From: Malacoraja senta
Taxonomy: Eukaryota
DNA: 64,000 bases
Assembly (NCBI GenBank): GCA_038087875.1
Contig: JAXLNO010004884.1
Location: forward strand, 1 to 64,000
Reading direction: 5' to 3'
Shown here: positions 48,701 to 60,605 of the stretch, piece after piece
Layout of the letters: the number at the start of each line of letters is the position of its first letter
Position numbering within the stretch: the stretch's first letter is position 1
Notes under the pieces: generated by a model
Seen by the model: the letters and a program-made list of their open reading frames with translations, nothing else
What the model was told of the DNA's origin: nothing
The model's database searches: none
Program-made: the position numbers and the translations under genes

Positions 48701-51700
48701 GGACCGCAGGCTCCGCGATGTTAAAGTCTTGCAGGCTCTCACAGTTGGAGCCCTAAAGTCGATCGCCGACAGGGATCGCGAGCTCCATGATGGTAAGTCC
48801 ACAGGTTCCTGCAATGGATCTCCTGGTTGATCTCTAGCAAAGGCCGCCATTCCTCAATGTTAGGCCGCATTGTGGACGGAGATACGATACAGAAAATATC
48901 GCATCAACGTCGAGGTAAGAGATTAGGAAAAGTTTCCCACAACTCCCCCACCCCCCCCCCCCAAAACAAGCTAAAGAACACTAAAGAATATACATTTAGC
49001 ACGTACAAAATGGACACAAAGAAGGAAGGGACAGACATACTGTTGGCGAGGCAACCATTGCAGCAAAAGGTGGATTGCTTAAGGATATAGAAGGGAATAT
49101 GTGCCTGGAGTTTGTGGATATAGGCGTGGTTTGGTTTCACCAAGGAAGACATGTAGAATAGTAAGGACCATTAATAGTAAGTACATCATAAAATCCTCCA
49201 ACATTTTTGCCACCTCCAACGGGATCCCACTACTGGTCACATCTTCCCATCTCCACCCCTTTCTGCTTTCCGCAGAGACCGTTCCCTCCGAAACTCCCTG
49301 GTCAACTCGTCCCTTCACACCCAAACCACCCGCTCCCCGGATACTTTCCCCTGCAACCGCAGGAGATGCAACACCTGTCCCTTTACGTTCCCCCTCGACT
49401 CCGTCCAAGGACCTAAAGTCATTCCAGGTGAGGCAGAAGTTCACTTGCACCTCTTCCAACCTCATCTACTGTATCCGCTGTTCAAGTTGTCAACTTCTCT
49501 ACATCAGTGAGACCAAGCGCAGGCTCGGCGATCGTTTTGCTGAACACTTCCCCTCAGTCCGTCTTACCCTACCCAATCTCCCGGTGGCTCAGCACTTCAA
49601 CTCCCCCTCCCATTCCCAATCTGACCTTTTTGTCCTGGGCCTCCTCCATTGTCAGAGTGAGGCCCAGCCCAAATTGGAGGAACAGCACCTCATATTTCGC
49701 TTGGGAAGTCTATACTCCAGCGATGTGAACATTGACTTCTATTACTTTCGATAGCCCTTGATTTCTCTCTCCATCCCCTCCCCCTTCCCAATTCTGCCAC
49801 CAGTCTTACTGTCTCTGCCGACATTCTATCTTTGTCCCTCCCCTGACATCAGTCTGAAGAAGGGTCTCGACCCAAAACAATGCCCATTCCATCTCTCCAG
49901 GGAAGCTGCCTCACCCGATAAGTTACGCCAGCATTTTGTGTCTCTCTTCGATTTTAACATCTGCAGCATCTGCAGTTCTTTCTTACACATGGATAATCAA
50001 TGTGGAGAATGCTAACATGCAGGGACACTTTGAAGTTAAGCAAGAAGGAGATGTTGGATCACTTGAAGAGAAATGTGGATAAATCCCCAGGACAGAGGGG
50101 TGTAGTGGATGATAATAATAATCGTTGAAAACATTAGTGCCGTTGTAGCGGCACCGGACGTGGTGAATAAAGGTGAGACGTCAGGTCAGTTCAAATAGTC
50201 GTTTATTCAGTGCTGACACGTTAGGTTGGTGCCGACTATCATAACAGTGTTGCTGTAGCTGAGCGAGGTTGTTCCCTCGGGCTCAGCTACCGGTTGAACA
50301 CCTGGTGGTCTCGAGGTGAGATGACCTTAAGTACCAGGACACTCCCTCTAGCCCATGACGTCACGTGCCCGCCCTCGTACTTCCTGACGAGTGTTCGAGC
50401 ATAAGTGGCCCGTGTATAGGCTTCCGCCACAGGACCCCCCCCCCCCCAGAACCGGAGGAAGGAATAGCATGGTCGAGGGCGGCTACTGCATGTGGGTCTG
50501 GGACACCCCGGGTGTGGGTCGGGACGGAGGGCCCACGGGCGCAGTAACGCTCTGCGTGGGCGATCCCGAGGTACCGAGGGGTGCGAGGGGACCGATGCAG
50601 AAACCGCCGGACGGAAGGAATAGCATGGTCGAGGGCAGCTACTGCATCTGGGTCTGGGACAACCCGGGCGTGGGTCGGGACGGAGGGCCCACGGGCGCAG
50701 TAACGCTCTGCGTGGGCGATCCCGAGGTACCGAGGGGTGTGAGGGGACCGATGCAGAAACCGCCGGACAGAAGAGACACTGCCGCATCTCCTCGACCAGC
50801 TAAGGGAGAGCGTCCTGTGAAATACGGTCCCCAGCCGTGGCTGGGAGATGTTGGCATCAATGAGGGGAAAAATAAAAATAAAATAAACAAACCAATTTCT
50901 GAACCGGGCGTGGAGATGCAGTGGACACAAAAGGAACAGTAACAACACAAATTACAGTGCAATCAGTGTCCAAAGTTCAAATTGTCCAGTGTTCATAGTG
51001 CAGGATAGGAAAGCTGTGCAGAGTTGCAGTGACAGCCTCCGACCTGACAGTGGCGCTGTTGCCGGCAGTCAGGCTGCAGGGACGACATCCAGTTGGATGG
51101 TGGCGCTGTGGACGGCGGTGAGGCTGCAGTGACGGCATCCGGGCGGAGGGTGGCGCTGTGGATGGTGGTCAGGTGAGTTCGATTTTCTCAGCGGCCATTT
51201 TTGTAGTCGGGGTGGCCGCTTGTTCAGGAGGCCGCGGCGGCCATTTTGCCGGCCGGCTGAGGCGGCCTTCACCAACAATTGAATCCCTGGGCCGGACAGG
51301 CAGACAGCCAGCGCCCAGGGATCTTCGGAGTCCACGCCGGCGAGGAGGAGAAGGGCGTCTTCCGCAGGCGCCCCAGGTAAGCCCGCCCTATCGGGTGGCC
51401 AGCACCTCGGCGGCGGCCGGCGGGGCCAGGTGCGGTGCAGGGCGTGGAGCCGTGGCTGCGGTGAGGCCAGGTGCGGTGCTGGGCGTGTAGCCGCGGCGAG
51501 CCTGTTGCAGTGCCGTGTCCGCGGTGAGGTGAGGCCGGGGCAGGGCCTGGAGCGGGAGGCCCGGTGCAGTGCAGGGCATGGAGCCGTGTTCACGGTGCGA
51601 GGCCGGGGCCAGATCCGTTGTCGGGAGCGGGAGAGCAGCATGTACTCTCTCTCTGCTCCCGGGGCCGTTGGGCATGTGTAGGCGTTGCTGTGGGCAGGAG

Positions 51701-54700
51701 GGTGCTACGCGCGCAGCTCCTGCAGCAGCTGGTGGGGCAGCGGCGGCTGGTAAAACCTCTCCGCTCCGGTAGTCGGCTCCGGGCAGGTCATGCGGGGGAG
51801 CTCGGCGGCCGTCACACAAGGCGGCCTGCCCCGTTGCCGGGAGCGGGAGAGCGGCGGCAGCAGCAGCTGGTGGGGAAGAGGCGGCATCCCAGATGTAGCG
51901 GCATACCTCACTGCGGGGCTGGGTTGGCGGCAGCGTAGTTCTGCAGGGCTGGGCAGCCGGCTGTAGACATCAGGTCTCCCTCCCTCCCGAGGCTGCGTGC
52001 GTAACATCCAAATTTCAATTTGGACTGTCGGGGGTCAGTAGTGTAGCGGCACCGGACGTGGTGAATAAAGGTGAGACGTCAGGTCAGTTCAAATAGTCGT
52101 TTATTCAGTGCTGACACGTTAGGTTGGTGCCGACTATCATAACAGTGTTGCTGTAGCTGAGCGAGGTTGTTCCCTCGGGCTCAGCTACCGGTTGAACACC
52201 TGGTGGTCTCGAGGTGAGATGACCTTAAGTACCAGGACACTCCCTCTAGCCCATGACGTCACGTGCCCGCCCTCGTACTTCCTGACGAGTGTTCGAGCAC
52301 AAGTGGCCCGTGTATAGGCTTCCGCCACACCGTGCTGGTTTCCGACGGGCATGGTGACGGACGCACCACACATCTCTCCTCCATGCAACTGGCAGGCGCC
52401 TCTTTTGTCTCTACACCTGCGTCTACCATCAACGTCTTCAGCATTATCTTGATTGGCCATCCTGGGTCAAGTCTTCCATGGGTGGGTTCCCACAGCACAA
52501 CCTTGTTTGCTGGCATTTCTGGGTGGCAGAGCCAGTGACCTGCGAGCCTCATCCTTCTCAACGTGATCTTCTCGGTCAGAGGTGGATTCTCCCCATAGAG
52601 CTGGGCGTTGGTGATGTGGTCCCTCCATCTGACATTTTGAACTTTTCCGAGCATTCGGGTGTAGGTACCATCGAGAGTCTAGGACAGTGCTGGAGTGAGA
52701 GTCCATGCCTCACACCCATACAATAATATGGTCTCTACAGTTGTACGGAAGGCCAAATATTCAGGCTGTAGTTCAGTGACAAGTAGTGTTCTGCAGGGAT
52801 CTGTGCTGTGACCCTTGCTACTTGTGACATATATAAATGACTTGGACCCTGGTGTTCAGAAATTACCCAGTCATAACAATTAATCAAATAATGATTTTTA
52901 TTTTTATTTCAGATTATCACTACGTTCAAGGACAGTTTGGTTGTGAGGTGGACGATCACAGTCCCACTGTAGGGATATTGAAGTTGGCCTTTGATGGAAG
53001 ATATGCATTTAGTTTTGATAAGGACAAACTAAAGTGGACGGTGCATGGTCCAATAGCTGAGCCCTTCAAAGAGAAATGGGACAAGAATGAAAAAATGAAC
53101 CGTTATTTCAAGAGCTTGTTAGAACATGACTGTGTGGATCTACCTGACCAGACATACCTGACCAGAAAAGGTGAGTTCAGAACAAAGGATGTTGTTTTGT
53201 GATGATAGGCAATGAGTAATATTTCACTCTGAGGCAATGAGTCATATTATCTCTGACCCAATCATGACAGAGGGAAAGGTCATTCGGCCCATTGATTCTA
53301 TGCTAGTTTTCTATGCAATGTCGACAAACCATTCCACTGCTCTCTCTCACAACTTGCACTCAGCTCCCTCGGATTCTCCTTACATTCAGCTCCACGACGG
53401 ATAATTTGCAATGTCCAACTAACTCACTGGCACGTCTTTGGTATATGGGACAAAACTGGAGCACATGGAGGAAGCCAATTGAGTCATAAGGTCATAAGTA
53501 ATGGCTGCAGCATTAGAACATTCGGCCCATCAAGTCGACTTCGCCCGTCAATCATGGCTGATCTATCTCTCCCTCCTAACCCCTCAATTCCCCATAACCC
53601 TGACGTGCATACTAATCAAGAATTAAAAATATCCATTGAACGGACTCCACAGCCTTCTGTGGCAAATAATTCCACAGAATCACCACCCACTGACAAAATA
53701 AATTCCTCCTCATCTCTTTCCTAAAGGAATGTCCTTTAATATTGAGACTATGACCTCTCGTCGTAGACTCTCCCACCATTGGAGACATCCTCTCCACATC
53801 CACATCTATCCAAGCCTTTCACTATTTGTTTGTTTAAAAAAAAATATTGTTATTAGAAGCAGTGCATATCATAATACAAACATTTCTTATATATCAATCC
53901 CTACTTTGCTAATAGGTGGGAGTCCAGCTATCAAAATAATAGTGGTCCTCATTTATCAATTGTATATTAATCTGCTTCTATTTATTTTTTATTTTTTTAT
54001 AGATAGAAAGTGAGAAATTTAAAAAAAGGCATGATAAAGAAGAATGGAATAATTTACCAATAATACAACTTTGGAGATAGGTCCGTAGGTTATAAAGCAT
54101 AACTATTCATCTAATTCTGAGCTTGGATTTCAGTCAGATTCCCATGCTGAACCATTTACCCTTTCAAAAATCAATAAATGGATGACCATATTCCATTAAA
54201 TAATTCATGTTTGTCAATTAAGACAAGTCTAGTTCTTTCCAAATGTAAGGTCTCTGATATTTCCATAATCCACATTTTAATTGTGGGGGTTATAGGACCT
54301 TTCCAAATGTTAATATTAATTTTTTCCAATTATTATACTATAATCAAGAAAGTTTCTTTGGTTTATTGTAAGTCTTAGGCTTTGTTCTGATATTCCTAAT
54401 ATTATTAGTTTTGTCGGGATCCAGAAGGGGAGGGGCCATCTTGGGGAACGGCTGCTAGGTCAGCAGCTGTCCGTTTTAATTCACTTTTTTTGTAGTTCTA
54501 GTGAGTCCTGTGTTCTGTTTGTGGGAGAAATAGACTTTTTAATGTAGGGGGAAGGGGGTAACTATATTTCTAGGTCCCTACCTGGTCGGTGAGGCAGCTT
54601 TTTCTCCGGGGCTGCCCCGTCGACCCGTCCTCGTGGCCTACCAGCGGGCGTGGAGCGCCGTTTTCCTGGAGGGGACCGCCCAGCACCTCGGCTTCGGTGG

Positions 54701-57700
54701 CGGCGTAGCGCTGGAGCGGGCGATGCCTTGCCTGGGTCGCCGCGCTGGATCGACGCGCTGGAGCTCCAGTGAGCTGTGACTGCCGAGGTCAAACACCTCC
54801 GGGCTGCGGGTCTGCGGAGCGGAGCGGGCGGTGCCGACTTCAACATCGGGAGTCTGGGAGCTCCAAACCGGCGCGGCCTTGTCGGCTTCGGAAGCCGCGG
54901 ACTTCGGTAGGGAAGCGGGCGTTCCAGATGGCCCAGCCGCTGAGAGGACTCTCCCGACAGCACCCGGCGAGAACGGCCAGGAACATCGGGCCTTGTAGAG
55001 GCAATAGCTGAGGCCTCAATAGGCCTGATTTTTGGGAGAACTGGGGATGGGGACTGGACATTGTGCCTCCCCCACAGTGGTAACTCCAGTGGGGGGATGA
55101 TTTCTGTGTGTTAGTGATTATTTTAGTGTGTGTCCAAGATGGCTGCTGGAAGGGAGAGTGTACGCTAGCGCGGTTTAGCTGCCGCTGCTCTCTCGTCACA
55201 TGTGTTTCTGATTTTTTTGTTTTGGATCGAATTCTGTCTTTAATTTGTCTATTGGTGATGTCTTTACTATTTATTTACTCCGATTATATGTTTTTTACTT
55301 GTTAAATACTGTAAGGTGTCCTTGAGACTCTTGAAAGGCGCCCATAAATACAATTTATTATTATTAATTATTATTGACTACTTCATAAATTTATTCTGAA
55401 AATGTCCTTCCAGAAATTTTTGATTTTTATACAATTTACAAAGGTATGAGTTAAGATAGCCTCTAAATGCTGGCATTTATCACAAATAGGAGAGATATGT
55501 GGGAAGATTCTATTTAATTTTGTTTAAGAATAATGTAATCTATGTAATTCTTTAAATTGTATAAGGCATGTCTGGCATTTAACGAGCATTGATGTATATA
55601 TTGTAGACTTTGTCCAATATCTTTCGTTAAGGTTGGCCTAATTCATTTTCCCATGTGTGTCTATATAAATCCAGTCAGCGGAACCCCTCATATCTAAGAG
55701 GGTATTATAAATATGAGATATTATTTTTCTGTATTAGGATGTTTATTCAAACATTCATCAAGGATTTCTGGTTCCCTAGTTCCTGTAATCTTGTGTATTT
55801 GATTTAATGTAATCTTTAAGTTGTAAATATCTGGAAAAAGTTATTTGAGTGTAGTCCGGTAAATCTGTTGTAACTCCTGAAATGAAAGAAAGTGCATTTT
55901 CCTAGAAAGATGTCCCATCTTTTTAATTCCATAATTTTTCCATTGTGTAAAGCCTTTATCCAACATGGAAGGTTTGAATAAAGGTTGTTTATCATGGGGA
56001 GACAGAGTGATAAATTATCCAATTTAAAAGTCTTTTTTAATTGTTTCCAAATTCGTATACCACTATATATTATAGAATTTTCACTATAGGTTTTTTAATG
56101 CAATTTGTGGGAGCAAATATAATTGAACCAATATCAAAAGGCAACAGTCTTTTACTATTTTGTATGATCAATGAGGTCACCCCTTATTCTTCTAAACTCC
56201 AGCGAGTACAGGCCCACTGCCATCAAATGGTCATCATATGTTAACCCATTCATTCCTGGATCATTCTTGTACACCTCCGCTGGACCCTCTCCAGAGCCAG
56301 CACATCCTTCTCAGATATGGTGCCCAAAATTGCTCACAATGCTCCAATGTGGCCTGACCGGCGCCTTATAGAACTCAGCATTACATCCCTGTTTGACAGG
56401 GAGAAAGTGTATTGATGTCTTTCATATTAGTTAACCATGGATTTTCTTGACCACAGTTGACAGCCCTAATGGGATTGCATGTCTATCACACATCTCAAAG
56501 AGCACAGCGTTAAGCTTCGAAGGGCAAAATTTACACGAGATGTGCAGGTCAAGTTTTTTTGCACAGAGAGAAGCTTGATACCTAGGAATGCGCTACCAGG
56601 AGTGGTGGTAGAGGAAGACATGATAATGGTGCTTAAGAAAGTTTTGGACAGGCTTGTGGGTAAGCAGGGAATACAAGGATATGGATCACATGCAGGCAGT
56701 GGAGATTAGTGTTGGTTTAGTTTTAGAGATAGAGTATGGAAACAGCACCATTTGGGTCCACTGAGTCTGCACTGACCAGCAATTGCCCATTCACTATTTC
56801 TGTCCTACAAGCCTAGGGACAATTTACAGAAGCCAATTAACCTGCATGTCTTTTGTATTTGGGAGGAAACCGGAGCCCCCAGAGAAAAACCCACAGGGTG
56901 ACAGAGGGAACGTACAAACTCCGTCCAGACAGCACTCTAGTCAGGATCGAACCCGGGTCTCTAATGCTGTAAGACAGCACTCTATCACTGTGCCTCTGTG
57001 TTGCCTCAGTTTAACTTGGTATCCTGTTCACATGGATATTGCAGGCTGAAAGTCCTGTTCTTGTACTGTTCTATGTTCTATATATTCTCATTGGACAGGG
57101 GAGGGATATGTTTTCCACTCCTCCAGCCTCCATGTTGATTACTTCCTCCCAGTTTAAATCTGATTCAATTAGTCAATCCATTTCTCCTCCCCTCCTGCCT
57201 GCTCCCCATTCTATATTTTGAAGTAGTCATTCCCTTTTTCGCTCCCTGGTCTGTCTACTGCCCCCACAACTTTCCTCTACTTTCCTGTCTTGGTGCATGC
57301 AACATCTATCCATTACCACTGTCCATAGACCCAGGCAGTTCTTCAAAGTGAAACAGCGTGAAACACTTGGGACTTCCAGTCAAATCTACTGCATTTGGTT
57401 TTCATGACGTATCTTCCACATTGCATCAATGAAAACAAATAGAATGGCTGCTTTCTGGAGAATCCATTCAATCCATGGGACTTTCTAAGATTCCTAATTC
57501 CTGCCACTTTAATTCTCCATTCAACACCACCATGATCCATCCATCTGTACCTCTTACACTAGGATAACAAGGGTGAAAGTAACCTTGAGGACCAACAACT
57601 CAGCTTCTGTCTGGACATGTTGCAGCCTTTCAAACTCAATTCACATTCAACAAGTTGGCATTCCCTGTCGATAAAGAACTGGTCCTTTCAACTGTTAAGT

Positions 57701-60530
57701 TGAAGACAGAAAGAACAGATGCAAGAAGTATGAAGCAGGATCCCAAGCTGAAATATTACATAACCATGTCTTCCAGATGCTGCCTGAGCCACTGAGTTAC
57801 ACCTGCACGTTTTTGTGTGTTTTTAAATTACAGTAAAGTTATCCACCTGCAAAATCAGGACAGCCTGACCTACTTGAGTAGTGCAGTATGTGCTGCATTT
57901 TATATAACTCTGTTTAGTTTCATGCATGCAGAGATGCAGTGAAATGGTTTGGATGGAACAGCAGATGCTGGACACCCCGTCCCTTCTCTCCAGAGATGCT
58001 GCCTGTCCCGCTGAGTTACTCCAGCTTTTTGTGTCTATCGGCAGTGAAATGGTTGTTCTGCATTCTCCCCAGTCAAGTCATACTGTACATAAGTACAATT
58101 CGTCCTCTTCTGGAACAGCACGCAGAGATCCACCACATTCCAGTACTATCTTGCAGCTTTCAAGTCTCTGAGAAGTCTGATTTTGCCCTAAGGAAATACC
58201 CAATTTCTAATTTTCTCATGTTAAGGCCCAGTGTCATAACAGCACTGGATTGATGAAGTTGAGGCGCCTGCCTCAGTTTAAGTTTTTCTGTTTCAAGATT
58301 GTGACCGAACCCTCGTCACTGGAACTGTGCCGCAGTGCCACCGATTACGTATCAGTCCCAATTATCTTTCAACATGCTGGAATCACTTGTTATTTTATCC
58401 TTTTTAGACTTTTTTCATGAATTGTTCAGCATAAACAGTTATGCTACAACAAAGTTAAGCGCAGCTACCACTTAGTTCCAGAGACGTAACAACACAAGAG
58501 ATAGTGTTGGAAGAATGATCAAACTCACACATAGTGGTTATTAGTAACTTTGCAGAGGAAACACAAGGCGCTTTCTTCTCAGCATGCTTACCACCAGTCT
58601 ACCAGAGAGAGAGAGAGAGCTGTCTAATAAGCCTGTGGGCGGAGCCACAGTATGAGTGACACTAATCTACAGATAGGCACAGGGATAAGTTTCGGATTAT
58701 TATTGTCACGTTTAGTTTCGAGGTACAGCATGGAAATAGGCCTTTTGGCCCACTGAACCCGTGCTGACTAACGACCACCCAAATATTAGTTCTATCCTAC
58801 ACACTAGGGACAATTTACAGAAGCCAAAAAACTTACAAACCTGCACGTCTTTGAATGTGACGGAACTGTAGCACCCGGAGATAACTCACATGGTCACAGA
58901 GAGAATATATGAACTCTATATAGACAGCACCCATTGTCAGGATTGAACTTTGGTCTGTGGTACTGTAAGGCAGCAACTTTCCAGGTAGTTGCATGCTATC
59001 CAATTGGATGAGATAACAACATACATATATATGATATACATATATATGATCAAGTCAACTCAAGTACTGAAGGTAGAGCAAAGGGGAATGTACAGAGTGT
59101 GGCATATAGTTCTCAGCAATGTAGCACACCAGTTCCATTAGATAAGGGTTTCGACACAAAACGTGACACATTCCTTCTCTCCAGAGATGCTGCCTGACCC
59201 GTTGAGTTACTCTAGCATTTTGTGTCTATCTGCGGTTTATACCAGCATCTACAGTTCCTTCCTGCATAGTTCCATAAACAAAGTCCACTGTCTGTAATGG
59301 GGTAGTGGTCAATTGGACAGTACCCTAGCTTATGGAACGATCATTCAGAAGCCTTATTTTCTCCTCAGTTATCAAGTAAGCCATTTGGTCCTCTAACCTG
59401 CCCACCATTCAATATGACCATGGCTGACGTTCCTCAAGCATCAACTCCTGTTCGGTGCCAGTTCCTCATTGCACTCAATTCTCCAATCTTTCAAAAGTTT
59501 AACTACCGCCATATTAAATGCTTCCAATGATTTTGTCTTCACAAATCTCTGGCGCCAGAGAATGACCACACTCTGCAAAAAGAGATTTTGTAAACAAATG
59601 ACTGGTCTCTTTTATTTCTTATTGAAGAGGAGTGAAAATACTGCCAATTTTAAGCTTGTCCCCTCCCCAATTGGCCCTCATTTCGTAACTTGTCAATTAT
59701 TTATTATTGTCAATAATGTGCCCTAGTGAAAAGATTTGCTGTTGGTATTAGTTTATTATTGTCACGTGAACTGAGATATAGTCAAAAGTTTGTCTGTGTG
59801 TTATCCAATCAGATCATACTTCACATGTGCAATCAAGCCATCCACAAGTAGATCAGTGCAAAGAGTAAAATATTCAGAGTGCATAATATCGGTTTACAAT
59901 ATCATAGCATTACAGTTACAGAGAAAGTGCAGATCAAAAAGAGTAGCAAGGATCACAATGAGATTGGTTGGAAGATCAGGGCAACATCTTATCTTACATG
60001 AGAATCATTCAGTAGTCCAATAACAGCAGGGAAGAAGCTGTTCCTGAATTTAATGGTACGTACTTCCAAACTTTCTTGTGTACTGTCTTAGCAGGGAGGG
60101 TACGATCCCTTTTAAACCACGTGTTTGGTTGATGGTGACGAAAGAGGCAAAATGGGCCAGATGCGGACAGTAACTTGGTGGTTGTAGTAGACTGAAGAAT
60201 ATTTTGTGATGGGTGACTGCACGTTTTACTGAAGGTGAAAATAACCATCTTTCTGTCTTGTAGTTTCCCCCGAGGTCACTCTCGCTGCCCGCCCTGATGA
60301 TCATTCAGTCCTGTACTGCACTGTGTCTGGATTTTACCCACCGGCCATCAAAGTCAGCTGGTTGCAGAATGGTCAACATGTCTCTGAGACCAAATCTTCT
60401 GGGGTCGTACCCAACAACGATGGAACATATCATCTAAGGTCTGTCCTTGAGTATGATCCATATGATTGGAAACAGTATTCCTGTCATGTCGATCACAGCA
60501 GCCTGCCCGGTGGGAAGACCATCATCTGGG
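36475..60530 (+). CDS. Non-classical MHC class I heavy chain, spliced and partial (alpha1-alpha2-alpha3 exons; leader and TM/cytoplasmic exons not found)
   Basis: Three exons with AG acceptors and GT donors, all phase 1, join into an open frame of 87+86+89 codons. Class I hallmarks present: H3/Y7, Y59-W60, N86 glycan site (NET), Q96, C101-C164, D119-G120, W133, K146-W147, and an Ig-C1 alpha3 with C-W-C. Confidence 0.9.
37625..37835 (+). mobile_element. HE1-type V-SINE (shortened)
   Basis: V-domain ggtgctgtctgtacagagtttgtacgtactccccgtgacc...cccggtttcctcccacactcca. Confidence 0.75.
38880..39360 (-). mobile_element. Penelope-like element 3' part (GIY-YIG C-terminus plus hammerhead-like core)
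   Basis: [44 protein letters not shown]; CTGAAGA...GAAACGTT at 38972-38944. Confidence 0.82.
40270..42080 (+). mobile_element. CR1 LINE, 5'-truncated, frameshifted RT; same subfamily as 13630-15485
   Basis: Collinear with the reverse complement of 13630-15470; several small deletions split ORF2. Confidence 0.9.
42676..43357. mobile_element. PIF/Harbinger-like MITE with ~35-bp TIRs and TAA TSD
   Basis: TAA|aggggcctgtcccacttacgtgtccttggcac ... gtgccaaggacacgtaagtgggacaggccct|TAA; internal palindromic cassette at ~42800-42995. Confidence 0.8.
43737..43939 (+). mobile_element. HE1-type V-SINE whose tail is the hAT insertion target
   Basis: V-domain and tail present; the tail continues after 48293 (ctctaaggcttaaac). 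Confidence 0.7.
44109..46346. mobile_element. Nested non-autonomous hAT element with perfect 8-bp TSD
   Basis: cgtataca at 44101-44108 and 46347-46354; TIRs cagggcct(at)gagagg / cctctcaggccctg; dimerization-domain remnant [22 protein letters not shown] at ~45175-45245. Confidence 0.87.
44370..44625. repeat. Minisatellite, ~4 x 63 bp
   Basis: agagcactaggacccagcagagtcatcactactgatggatcttccctgtagg repeated. Confidence 0.85.
46381..48169 (+). pseudogene. Buster/ZBED5-like hAT transposase, frameshifted
   Basis: [17 protein letters not shown]; [20 protein letters not shown] (BED-like); CTDGAPSM; HCLIHRHAL; HTEVRW; KVRNRL...DMRCCLS. Stops and frameshifts in the N-terminal half. Confidence 0.88.
49185..49990 (+). 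mobile_element. Penelope-like element 3' part with GIY-YIG endonuclease and hammerhead-like core
   Basis: [36 protein letters not shown]...VAQHFN...[12 protein letters not shown]; CTGAAGA at 49854-49860. Confidence 0.88.
50144..52329 (-). mobile_element. Young non-autonomous LTR retroelement (Gypsy-type signals)
   Basis: 288-bp LTRs at 50144-50431 and 52042-52329 with one mismatch by eye, TG...CA ends and 4-bp TSD ccgt. G-rich PPT next to 50432, degenerate tRNA-Trp PBS at 52041-52026, no gag/pol motifs. Confidence 0.93.
52330..52720 (-). mobile_element. RTE/RTEX-type LINE 3' fragment, split by the LTR element (tail at ~50110-50143)
   Basis: [51 protein letters not shown]; (att)n tail on the far side of the LTR element. 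Confidence 0.75.
52913..53170 (+). CDS. MHC class I exon, alpha2 domain (short C-terminal helix)
   Basis: tttttatttcag|AT acceptor, AAAG|gtgagt donor. [12 protein letters not shown]...AFDGR...KWT...KEKWD...LLEHDCVD contains both alpha2 cysteines; the exon is 258 bp versus the usual ~276-279. Confidence 0.92.
53815..56165 (-). mobile_element. Decayed L1 ORF2/3' fragments interrupted by a GC-rich non-autonomous element (~54415-55365) with an L2-like tail
   Basis: AT-rich segments homologous to 24000-25000; the insert ends tgtaaggtgtccttgagactcttgaaaggcgcccataaat...(att)n. Confidence 0.65.
56715..57003 (-). mobile_element. HE1-type V-SINE
   Basis: Head, V-domain and tail recognisable on the minus strand; another copy at ~58712-58985. 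Confidence 0.75.
60264..60530 (+). CDS. MHC class I exon, alpha3 (Ig C1-set) domain
   Basis: tctgtcttgtag|TT acceptor, TGGG|gtaag donor. VSPEVTL...[21 protein letters not shown]...PNNDGTY...[10 protein letters not shown] is a typical class I alpha3 C1 domain. Confidence 0.95.
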
Positions 60531-60605
60531 GTAAGAACGTTAAATATTCTTTCATAGATAATCATTATCTTCTGTTGTTTCCATTTTAATCATTGTGACT
60601 ACATC

